A stretch of 64,000 nucleotides of DNA. Source: an uncultured Phycisphaerales bacterium (lineage in GTDB: Bacteria; Planctomycetota; Phycisphaerae; Tepidisphaerales; Tepidisphaeraceae). The stretch spans positions 3,712,001-3,776,000 of the forward strand of contig CAVWLP010000002.1 of NCBI GenBank assembly GCA_963755915.1, given 5' to 3'. Made by a program: the position numbers and the translations under genes. The stretch's first letter is position 1. Each line of letters starts with the position of its first letter. Under the pieces are notes generated by a model, which was given only the letters and a program-made list of their open reading frames with translations, ran no database searches and was not told the origin of the DNA. Positions 33,686 through 43,172 of this stretch are shown one piece after another.

Positions 33686-34735
33686 GTGCGCTGCAAACGA
33701 AAAGGTTTCACATTAGTCGAGCTGCTCGTCGTCATCGGAATCATCGCGATCCTCATCGCGATCCTGCTGCCGGCACTGAACAAAGCGAGGGCGCAGGCGA
33801 CTTACGTGCAGTGTCAATCCAACATGCGGCAAATTGGGATGGATTTCGTCCAGTACGCCACGTCGTTTAACAATTACATTGTGCCCGCCGTCGAATGGGG
33901 TACGGCTTCGGGAACCCCGTTTAACAATAGTAACACTACTTCCGCCAACGGTTACTGGGACGAAGAATGGCCTATGATTCTTACGTCACTCGGTTATGTG
34001 CCTCTGCAGGGAATGGTCAATCCCAATAATCCGGGCACTATTGCGCCGAAACCTGATCCTCACACGGCGGCAACAAGTGTCCTCGTTTGCCCGGCCGTGC
34101 GTACTTCACTCATCTATGATGATGTTTCAGGTCAACAGACGGGCGGTACGGTTCTGGGCGTAGACGGATTTGATCGGCGAATGTCCTATTATTTGATGAA
34201 CTACAACGGAAGCAATGGGCAGATTGTGGACAGTGGGTATGGCATTAATGGCTTCGTGTACACGGGCACAGTCTTTAACCAAGCTGGCGGAAGCCACCCC
34301 CTTACCGGATCCGGAGAGCCCAATGGAAATGAGGCTTATTGCCCTTGCGGTGTATTATCAACCAACGAGACCGCCAACCCAACCACGATGCACAAGACGA
34401 CAGAATTCCACCAGTCGGCGCTTACCGTGCTCCTTTACGACGGAACAGAATGGAATGGCATGATTGCTTCCGAGTGGCGAATCAGCGGCGCGCGGCACGG
34501 GCAGTTTATGTCCAATCCTCCGGGCAAATTGATGACCACGACCGGCGGTGGGGATTACGGAACCGGAACTCTTACCCTTAATCTCAGCGGAACCACTAAC
34601 GTGCTCTTCCTCGACGGCCACGTAGAGGGCATTCCGAGGGTGGACCTTCCGGCCACTGACGCCCAGTGGACTGGAAATCGCTCGCAAATGGTTCCGAATA
34701 CGGAGTACATCTGGAACCTTCAGCAGCAGCAGTAG
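33686..34735 (+). CDS. Prepilin-type / H-X9-DG (DUF1559-like) protein 2
   Basis: GGAGG RBS, GTG start; KG^[39 protein letters not shown]...[10 protein letters not shown]. Confidence 0.93.
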   Translation: MRCKRKGFTLVELLVVIGIIAILIAILLPALNKARAQATYVQCQSNMRQIGMDFVQYATSFNNYIVPAVEWGTASGTPFNNSNTTSANGYWDEEWPMILTSLGYVPLQGMVNPNNPGTIAPKPDPHTAATSVLVCPAVRTSLIYDDVSGQQTGGTVLGVDGFDRRMSYYLMNYNGSNGQIVDSGYGINGFVYTGTVFNQAGGSHPLTGSGEPNGNEAYCPCGVLSTNETANPTTMHKTTEFHQSALTVLLYDGTEWNGMIASEWRISGARHGQFMSNPPGKLMTTTGGGDYGTGTLTLNLSGTTNVLFLDGHVEGIPRVDLPATDAQWTGNRSQMVPNTEYIWNLQQQQ

Positions 34736-34765
34736 GCACGACGAGTACGGCTGCCGTTCAGAGCT

Positions 34766-36028
34766 TCATTTGCTACCGGCCGCTGATATTTCCAAATCGT
34801 CTATATAGGCCATCTGGGCCGCGGAAACCTTCGAACAATAGACCGTCGCGGTTGAATTGTGCTGGCCCGTCGTGAATTGCATGCTGATCTTGCGATATCC
34901 GCTGACCGTATCGGTCGTCCACACCTCATCGCCGCCGAAGTATTTCACACCCAAACGGACCTCACCGCGGTCGGCGGCGTCCGCCCAGGCGGTGAGCGTG
35001 TACGTTGTATTCGGCTGAAGTCCGAAAATCCGCTGCTGTACCGATGCGGGCGAGCCGATCAAACAGAGCGCATGCCCGCCGTTGTGGGCGTGATCCGTGA
35101 CGATGCTCGCCTTGCCCGTGGCCGTCCACGGCGCCAGTGTGGGATCCTCAAAGCCCGTGTTGTGAAACGGTACCACCGGCGGACGCTGGTAAACACGAAT
35201 GTAGTCCACCAGAAACGCATTGGAAAAAACCGTCTGCGGCGTGGGCAGCGGATCGGAGGTTACGCCGCTGTTGAGGATCAGGTACATGGGCACGTCCGGC
35301 GACTGGGCGCCGTAGATACGGACCCTGATCTTGCCGTCCATGTTCATGAGCTGATATCCGGGGCCCCATTCCATTCCATAGGTGTGGAACCCCATCGGCA
35401 CGCTGTCGACATGGCGGCTGTTCCACTGGACCCGGCCGCTCATCGGGAGGCGATAGGCATAGCCCTGGTGGAAGTGAGGCAGGGGGCGGCCGGTCCAGAA
35501 CTCGGCGATGTCGTCCTCGGGCGGCCAGCCGGCGGAAAGCATCCAGAAGGCGGGCCACAAACCGGGGCCGGCGTCTTCGGGAACCTTGGCGCGGATTTCG
35601 CAGTAGCCATATTTATAGTCAAATTTTCCCTGGGTCTGGATGAAGGCCTGCGTGTAATGGAACGTCCGCCCGCGATGGTCCACCACATCGGTTTTCTTTG
35701 TCAGCAGGGCGAGCATTCCGTTTTGGAACTGCACGTCGTCGTCCTCGATCAGGCTGGCATACATTGCATTGTGATGCTGATGGGCGCCATCGTCGCCAGC
35801 CCAGGAAAGGCCGCTGGTCCACTTGGTTAGATCGAGGCTGGTTTCGGTGAACTCATCGTGCCAGAGGAGTTTCCATTGGTTGCCGGGAGCGGTCAGGAAA
35901 TTGTCTCCCGCGAGGGTCGATGGGGCATCACCTTTGGGATTTGCGAGGGCGACTTCGGCCATGAAAACTGCCAGTGCCCATGCCCCCAGCCGGGCAAAAC
36001 TTGGCATATTGGATTTGGTTGATCTCAT
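34766..36028 (-). CDS. Secreted GH16 glycoside hydrolase with C-terminal CBM4/9-like domain
   Basis: GGAGG RBS + ATG 36028; WKLLWHDEF, YGYCEIRAK, GLWPAFWML, WPPEDDIAE (ExDxxE), VDYIRVYQ, HNTGFE. Confidence 0.9.
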   Translation of the reverse strand: MRSTKSNMPSFARLGAWALAVFMAEVALANPKGDAPSTLAGDNFLTAPGNQWKLLWHDEFTETSLDLTKWTSGLSWAGDDGAHQHHNAMYASLIEDDDVQFQNGMLALLTKKTDVVDHRGRTFHYTQAFIQTQGKFDYKYGYCEIRAKVPEDAGPGLWPAFWMLSAGWPPEDDIAEFWTGRPLPHFHQGYAYRLPMSGRVQWNSRHVDSVPMGFHTYGMEWGPGYQLMNMDGKIRVRIYGAQSPDVPMYLILNSGVTSDPLPTPQTVFSNAFLVDYIRVYQRPPVVPFHNTGFEDPTLAPWTATGKASIVTDHAHNGGHALCLIGSPASVQQRIFGLQPNTTYTLTAWADAADRGEVRLGVKYFGGDEVWTTDTVSGYRKISMQFTTGQHNSTATVYCSKVSAAQMAYIDDLEISAAGSK

Positions 36029-36160
36029 CCAGTTACCTCCTGCATCCCCTTCTCTGCCATAAAGTTGCGACCCGGATTGGGCCCTGTCCAATCCCAGTCG
36101 CTACAGCCGTTATATCCGGCGGCCACAACTCACTTCCGCCGCGCCGCTAATATAACATGA

Positions 36161-36192
36161 TTTACATTTCGTTACATGAAATGTAAGATACA
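36161..36192 (+). promoter_or_regulatory. lacI-type gene promoter with operator (autoregulation) in a divergent region
   Basis: TTTACA-17 bp-TAAGAT; TGTAAGATACA at 36182-36192; extra TTACAT half-sites at 36162 and 36172. Confidence 0.65.
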
Positions 36193-36241
36193 CAAATCGC
36201 CGGGGAGGACTTTCGGGAGGGACTTTGGAGTCAGAATTACC

Positions 36242-37333
36242 ATGAGCGTCGTGCGTCAAAAATCGATCGCCAATGTCGCCAAGGCGGCCGGGGTTTCGAC
36301 GGCCACCGTTTCGCGCGTTCTGAACAATTTTCCCCATGTCCGCGAGGAGACGATTCGCCGGGTTCGGGAGGCCGTGCAGGCGCTGAACTACAGCCCGCTG
36401 CGGACGCGCCGGGACCTGAGCGATGAGGACGGCTTTGGCCGGGCGCGGCCGGGCGCACGGGGAACATTGCGGTGATCACGCTGGGGCAGGCGCGAATGGC
36501 TGCAACTGCCCGTCATGGCGGGGGCGGTCGCCGGGATTCGGACGGCTGTTACCGAGCGCGGATACCGGCTGGTGCTGGATGAACTGCTTGATGCAACCAA
36601 GCCGCACCGGCTGATCGATCGCCGGGAGATCGATGGGGCCATCGTGTTTGTGACCGGGAGCTTCAGCTCCGAGCGCTGCAACGAAGCGCTCGACATCGTG
36701 AGCCAGAAGATTCCGCTCGTCTGGGCGATGGGCGAAGAGTACGGCAACTACGATGTCGATCACGTCACCTGCGACAACGTACACATTGGGCACCTGGCCT
36801 ATAACTTCCTGCGAAACAAGCGCTGCCAGGAGGTGGCGCTGATTGCGTTGAATCCGTCGTGGACGTTCATGCGGCTGCGGGCACAGGCGTTTTTGAACGC
36901 GGCCTACGACGGCAACCAGCGAGCAACCGCTTACGTCATCAGCCAGGACGAGATGGTCCTGGATTCGTATGGCAAGCGCGTCGTACCCGCGAAAAATCCG
37001 GAGGAGCTGGTGGCGAAACTTCTCGGCGGCCCGCGGCGGCCCGACGGAATTTTTATTCTTAACGACCACGCCACCTCGACGATCATCCCGATTCTGAATC
37101 GGCAGGGGATTCGAACCGATCGCGATATTACGATTGTGTCGTGCGACAATGAGGAATCGCGGCTGGCGGCGCTTCAACCGCGGCCGACGACGATCGACAT
37201 CCGCTCGGAAGAGGTCGGCTACCGTGCGATGGTGCGGCTGGCGTCGCGCATGCGCAACCCCGAGGAGACACCGCTGGTGGTTCGCGTGGCGGCGAAGCTC
37301 ATCGAACCGCCCACGATGAGCGAGTTGTATTGA
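36242..37333 (+). CDS. LacI-family transcriptional regulator; two probable frameshifts ~36450-36495
   Basis: [34 protein letters not shown]; sugar-binding domain [18 protein letters not shown]. Confidence 0.9.
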
Positions 37334-37346
37334 GATTTCCTTATAG

Positions 37347-37489
37347 TAATTTCCCAACATTTCCCAAAATTACACACATTTGGGGTTATTGACGGGTAAT
37401 GCTTTGGACGGGAAAAGCGCGCGCCTCTATATAAGGGTCCGGAGGGTGAACATTTTGTACCTATTTTTCAAAAATCCGCGGAATTTTTT
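37347..37489 (-). repeat. Dispersed non-coding element copy 2 (65-bp core plus decamer repeats)
   Basis: Core 37425-37489 matches 12684-12748; followed on the minus strand by ATTTTGGGAA ATGTTGGGAA. Confidence 0.7.
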
Positions 37490-37570
37490 GTGCGATTCGG
37501 TAGAACGTCAAGAATCTGACAGGGGACCGGGCGGTGAGTTCAATTCGTTTCATCGTTCAGAAACGGCAGA

Positions 37571-37597
37571 TGTAAATTAATGAAAAATCGGTATAAT
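37571..37597 (+). promoter_or_regulatory. TGTAA operator-like site and TATAAT -10 upstream of GH35
   Basis: TGTAAATTAAT 37571-37581; TATAAT 37592-37597. Confidence 0.5.
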
Positions 37598-37618
37598 TTC
37601 GCCACTTAAAATTCCGGC

Positions 37619-39988
37619 ATGAATATCCCCATAAGTCTTTTGGCCAAGTCTGCTTTTGCTGTCGCTGTGATGTGGTCCGCTGCCGCGGGGGCGGCGGAGT
37701 CGACGGTTGGCTCGCATCAGTTTGCCATCGGCACTTCAGACTTTCTCCTCGACGGACGGCGCTTTCAGATTCGCTGCGGGGAGATGCATTTCGCCCGGGT
37801 TCCGCGGGAGTATTGGCAGGATCGGCTGCGCACGATCAAGGCGATGGGGCTTAATACCGTCTGCGTCTATCTCTTCTGGAATTATCACGAGTGGAACGAG
37901 GGAAAATTCGACTGGTCGGGCCAGCGCGACGCGGCAGAGTTCTGCCGGCTGGCGCAGCAGGAGGGATTGTGGGTGATCCTGCGGCCGGGGCCGTATGCGT
38001 GCGCCGAATGGGAAATGGGCGGACTGCCGTGGTGGCTGCTGAAGAAGGGGGACGGGGATTTTTTGCGGACGAGCGATCCGAGGTTTATCGAGCCGTGCCG
38101 GCAGTGGTTTAATGAAGTCGGGAGGGTGCTCGGTCCTCTGCAAGTCACGCATGGGGGGCCGATCCTGATGGTGCAGGTGGAAAACGAATATGGGTTCTAC
38201 GGCAAAGACCTGAACTACATGCGCACGCTGCGGCAGATTGTTTTGAACGCGGGATTCAATGTGCCGCTCTTTTGCTGTAATCCGACGAATGAAGTGGTGC
38301 GGTCGCACATTCCGGAGCTATTTTCGGTGGCGAATTTCGGGTCGGATCCACAGCGGGGGTTTGAGGCGCTGGATGAGATTCAAAAGGGGCCGCGCATGTG
38401 CGGGGAATTTTATCCGGGGTGGTTCGATACCTGGGGGACGCCACACAAGCGCGGGCATATGGATGCGATGCTTCGGGATCTTGAATATATGCTGAAGGTG
38501 GATGGTTCGTTCAGCCTGTACATGGCGCACGGCGGGACGACGTTTGGCATGTGGGCGGGATGTGATCGGCCGTTCCGGCCTGACACCAGCAGCTATGACT
38601 ACGATGCCCCGATCTCCGAGGCGGGATGGACGACGCCGAAATTCGCGGCGATTCGCGAGCTGATGTCGCGATATCTCCTGCCCGGCGAAACGATTCCTGA
38701 TCCGCCGGCGGCGAATCCAGTGATGGAAATTCCGGCGTTTTCGTTGAATCAAACGGCGCCGGTGCTGGACAATTTGCCGAGCACGGCGATTGAGGTTCAG
38801 ACGCCGCGGAACATTGAAGCGTACAACATCAGCCGGGGGCTGATTACGTATCGCGCGACGGTTCCGCCCGGCCCGGCGGGAATGCTTTCGGCGGCGAATG
38901 TTCGCGATTTCGCGTGGGTATTCCTGGATGGCCGGCAGGTTGGAATGATGGAGGATCGGCACCGGCGGTTTTCCGTGAATCTGCCGGCGCGAACGAACCC
39001 AGCGAGCCTGGAAATTCTTCTCTATACGCTTTCGCGCGTGAATTTTGGCGTGGAAGTGCATGACCGGAAGGGATTGCAGGGGCCGATCTATTTCACGCCG
39101 CGGGATGGAGAGCCGCAGGAGATCAGCGGCTGGCAAATTCTCCCTATGGATTTCGGCGCTGATGCGGCGATTCCGCAGGTCAGGTGGCAAAACGGCGCAA
39201 ACCAATCCACCGGGAAGTCTCCGGCCTTCTGGCGCGGATCGTTTGATCTGACGCAAACGGGGGACACGTTTCTCGATGTTTCCAACTGGGGCTTCGGGCT
39301 TGCCTGGGTGAACGGGCACTGTCTCGGGAAGTTCTGGAACATCGGGCCGACGCAGACGATGTATGTGCCTCGGCCGTGGCTGCAGACCGGAAGCAACGAT
39401 GTGGTTTTGCTCGACCTTGTGGGTCCGGACCAGCCGGTGCTTTCGGGGGTAAAGACGCCGGTGCTGGATCGGCTGCGGCCGGAGAAGGACTTTTATCAGA
39501 AGAACGATAAGGGCGTGCTGAAGCTCGATGGCGTTTCGCCGGCGATTGCCGGGCAGTTCCAAGCCGGAAGCGCGACGCAGCAGATTACGTTTTCCAAACC
39601 CGTCACCGGCCTGCAATTCTGCCTGGAATGTTTAGATGCCTGGGACGGCAAGGAATCCGCGGCGGTTGCGGAAATCGCACTGCTCGATGCGTCGGGGAAT
39701 CCGATCAATCAATCGGCCTGGACGATCGCCTATGCGGACAGCGAAGAAAGTGAATCCGAGGACGGCTCGGCCCTCAACGCCATCAACGGGCAGGTTTCCG
39801 ATTACTGGCATACGCAAATTAGCGGCGGGAAACCGGCTCATTTTCCGCATTACCTGGTGATTGATCTTGGAGGTTCGGTGGAGGTCTGCGGGTTGCGATA
39901 TACGCCGCGGCAGGGGCCGGACAGTGTGGCGGGGCGGATCAAGGATTATCGAGCGTTTGTGGGGGATAATTTGGTGACGCAGCCGTGA
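37619..39988 (+). CDS. Secreted GH35 beta-galactosidase with C-terminal F5/8-type C (CBM32-like) domain
   Basis: GEMHFARVPREYW, LRPGPYACAEW, MVQVENEYG, GEFYPGWF, YMAHGGT, SYDYDAPI; NAINGQVSDYWHT...YTPRQ. Confidence 0.95.
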   Translation: MNIPISLLAKSAFAVAVMWSAAAGAAESTVGSHQFAIGTSDFLLDGRRFQIRCGEMHFARVPREYWQDRLRTIKAMGLNTVCVYLFWNYHEWNEGKFDWSGQRDAAEFCRLAQQEGLWVILRPGPYACAEWEMGGLPWWLLKKGDGDFLRTSDPRFIEPCRQWFNEVGRVLGPLQVTHGGPILMVQVENEYGFYGKDLNYMRTLRQIVLNAGFNVPLFCCNPTNEVVRSHIPELFSVANFGSDPQRGFEALDEIQKGPRMCGEFYPGWFDTWGTPHKRGHMDAMLRDLEYMLKVDGSFSLYMAHGGTTFGMWAGCDRPFRPDTSSYDYDAPISEAGWTTPKFAAIRELMSRYLLPGETIPDPPAANPVMEIPAFSLNQTAPVLDNLPSTAIEVQTPRNIEAYNISRGLITYRATVPPGPAGMLSAANVRDFAWVFLDGRQVGMMEDRHRRFSVNLPARTNPASLEILLYTLSRVNFGVEVHDRKGLQGPIYFTPRDGEPQEISGWQILPMDFGADAAIPQVRWQNGANQSTGKSPAFWRGSFDLTQTGDTFLDVSNWGFGLAWVNGHCLGKFWNIGPTQTMYVPRPWLQTGSNDVVLLDLVGPDQPVLSGVKTPVLDRLRPEKDFYQKNDKGVLKLDGVSPAIAGQFQAGSATQQITFSKPVTGLQFCLECLDAWDGKESAAVAEIALLDASGNPINQSAWTIAYADSEESESEDGSALNAINGQVSDYWHTQISGGKPAHFPHYLVIDLGGSVEVCGLRYTPRQGPDSVAGRIKDYRAFVGDNLVTQP

Positions 39989-39994
39989 GCGAAA

Positions 39995-40025
39995 AACGCG
40001 CACCCCTGCGGGGTTGCGGCTAAAC
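39995..40025 (-). repeat. REP-like palindrome (same family as 12527)
   Basis: Minus strand GTTTAGCCGCAACCCCGCAGGGGTGCGCGT. Confidence 0.45.
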
Positions 40026-40056
40026 AAGAGGGGGGGATCGTGATGGGGGGGCCGGT

Positions 40057-41535
40057 TTAGAGCGGCCGCCGATCGGAAGGTTCAACAAGTGATCCGGTTC
40101 GCCCGTGCCTGGCGTTGAGTGCGGCGTTGCGCGCCGCGACGTTTTTCGCGTCGGCAGAAATCGTGACATCAATCGATTCCTCCGGCTGTTTCTCGGTTGC
40201 CGCGAGAATATCATCGATTGCAACCGGCGATTCCCCGTTGTTTTCAGTGGCGAGCAGGCCGTTGACCTCGAGATCGTGGGCGCCATTGGCGATTACCGGG
40301 CGACCCAGATGATGGTAGAGATCGACGCGCTGCAGCCGGACGTTTTTCACGCTTTCGAGCACAAACCCCGCGCGGCACATGTCGGGGCAACCGACGGCCA
40401 TGGCCGGCGCCGGCCAGCTTGTTGTTCGAATCCATGTAAACGGAAACGTCGTCGAGGGAAATGTCCTCGGCAAACTGCTCGGGCAGGCCGCGGATATAGG
40501 CGGCGGCGTACTTGGCGCCGTAGACGGCGATATTGCGGAAGCGCAGTCCGCGAATGCGCGGGGTGAGATCGGTCACCGGCGCGGGCGCGGATCAAACATG
40601 GGGTCGTCCTCTGAAGCGCCGCACTCGTAAAAGAGGTTGACGACGATGGGGCAAAGGACGTCGTTCATGATGATGTTGTCGGCCCAGAGGTCTTCGACGC
40701 AGCCACCGCGTCCGCGGCGCGATTTCACGCGCACACCGCGTTCGGTGCCGCGGAAGATGCAGTTGGAGACAGTGACGTTTCGCACCCCGCCGGAGGTTTC
40801 GCTGCCGATGACCAGCCCGCCGTGTCCGTGCAGCATCATGCAGTTGGTGACGGTGATGTTCTGGCAGGGGCGCGGCTCGGGGCGCATGTCTTCGATGGAG
40901 CCGGACTTGATGGCAATGCAGTCGTCGCCGACGTCGATCTGGCAGCCGCAGATTCGCACATTGCTGCACGAATCGGGATTGATGCCGTCGGTGTTGGGCG
41001 AATCGTATGGGTTGCGGACGACAAGCGAGGAGATGATGACGTTTTCGCAGGCGACGGGGTTGATCGTCCAGCGGGGGGAGTTGGTGATGGTGAGGCCGTC
41101 GATGAGAACATCGCGGCAGTTGACGAGGCGAATCAGGTTGGGACGCGTGTAAGCGAGTTTCCCGGCGTTGAAGAGGTCCCACCAGAATGCTCCGCGGCCA
41201 TCGATGGTGCCGTCGCCCTTGAGCGCCACATTTTTGAGCCCTTCGCCGCCGATGAGGGGGGAATGGATCGGCGAGGCAGAGCCTTCCCAGAGGCTATGGG
41301 AAACAGGGAAAGCGTTGACATCGGTATGGGCGGCGATGACGGCGCCGGCGGCGAGGTCGAGAGTGACGTTGCTGCGCATCAGCAGGGCGCCGGTGATATA
41401 GGTTCCCGGCGGGAAATGGACGGTGCCGCCGCCGGACTGGGCGCAGGCGTCTATGGCGCGCTGAAGCGAAGCGGTGCAGGGGGCGGAGCCGTCGCTGTGG
41501 ACCCCAAACTGTTTGACGTTGACGATGTCGCGCAT
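40057..41535 (-). CDS. GH28 polygalacturonase, no signal peptide (cytoplasmic); frameshifts ~40578 and ~40410
   Basis: NTDGIN, GDDCIAIKSG, GHGG, RVKS; continues PVTDLTPRIRGLRFRNI...GLPE, then to stop 40057. Confidence 0.88.
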
Positions 41536-41769
41536 GGTGTTTGTGCCAGCCCCGAGCCACGCATCATGGCCGTTAAATCATCATATGAATTTAGACGTTC
41601 ACGGCGGCGATTATCTTTATCGAGTTCGCGGCAAATGCTTGCGATTTCACGTATTGGGCCCTTTTCCCGATAATATTCCATAAACCCGCGGGAATTGGGC
41701 AAATCTCGCAACCCGCTGGTGAGCGACAGGACTGGCGATATATTGTGTTTGCGTCGGAGAAGCGCGTCA

Positions 41770-43046
41770 ATGGCAAAGCACGAAAAAGAGACGATTAACG
41801 CAAAACGAAAATACTCGCGCGAGGCGCCGCACTCCAAGCACGTGGCGTTGATCGTCGAAGCCGCCATCGCGCCGCGCCGGCTGCTGCTGACGGGAATCGC
41901 CCGCTACATCCAGGAACACGAGCCGTGGTGCGTTTACTTGAAGCCTGCCGGCGTGGAGCAGGACCTCGCCCAGTGGCTGCAGAACTGGGACGGGGACGGG
42001 ATCATCGTTTCCGCCAGCGACCCAGATAACAGCATTTCGCCGCGTTCGGGGATTTCGGTGGTGGATCTGTTCGGCAGCATGCGGGAGCGGAACTTTCCGA
42101 TGGTCCACGCCGACGATCTCGCCGCCGGGCGAATCGGCGCGGAGCACCTGCTTTCACGCGGGTTCAAGCACTTTGGGTTTTGGCGATACATTGACAAGGA
42201 CGCCGCCTGGTCGGGCCGCAGGTTCGAAGGGTTTCGCAACGCGCTCCCCTCAGACGCCACCTGCCAGGTGTACGAAAGCCATTTCCCCAAGGCAGGCTCC
42301 GGCGGCCCGCGAACGTGGGAACACCAGCAGCGCGAGCTAATGACCTGGCTGACAAAACTGCCGAAACCGGCGGGCGTCATGACTTCCACGGACCTGATGG
42401 GTCAGCAGATGCTGGAAGCCTGCCAGCGCGCGGAGATTCACGTGCCAGAGGAGATCGCGGTGATAGGGGTGGATAATGATGAACCCATCTGCCGAATTGC
42501 GACCCCGCCGCTTTCCAGCGTTGCGCTGAACGATCATCAGCGGGGATACGAAGCGGCGGCGCTGCTGGCTCGGCTGATGGGGGGGAGAAGGTGCCCAAGG
42601 AGCCGATCTGGATTCAGCCTTCGGGCGTGGTGGCCCGGTCGTCGACCGATTTCATGGCGATTGATGATGGATCGATCGTCAAAGCGCTGAGGTTTCTTCG
42701 CGAAAACGCCTGCTTCAACATCAATGTTGACGATCTGGTTCGGGAAATCTCGCTTTCGCGAAGCGTTTTGGAGTGCCGGTTTCGCAAAGCGGTGGGGCGT
42801 ACGATTGGGGCGGAGATCGTGCGGCTTCGCGTCGATCACGCCGTTGGGTTGCTGTGTAATACCAACATGGAATTGAAGGCGATTGCCTATCACTCGGGGT
42901 TTGGGTCGCAGGCGTATATGAACGCCGTATTTCGGAAAAAGCTGGGGAAGACGCCGGGGTCCTACCGGGACCATCTGCGGCCGCAATCGTCGGGGCGGGG
43001 GCGGAATTCACCGCTGGATTCGGGGGGGCTGGAATTTGGCGGGTGA
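41770..43046 (+). CDS. XylR-family transcriptional regulator; frameshift at or near the G-run ~42580
   Basis: VPEEIAVIGVDNDE, PPLSSV; AraC part LSRSVLECRF...GFGSQAYMNAVFRKKLGKTPGSYR. Confidence 0.9.
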
Positions 43047-43172
43047 TGCGGCCCGATTTTCATCGTCCTCAATCATCCCGCTCGAATTTCTAAATCGATA
43101 AATGCAATCGCGAAACGGAATTGGATGGGCGCGGCGACGATGCAGGTGTAAAAATGTCGGCGATCCAATCGG

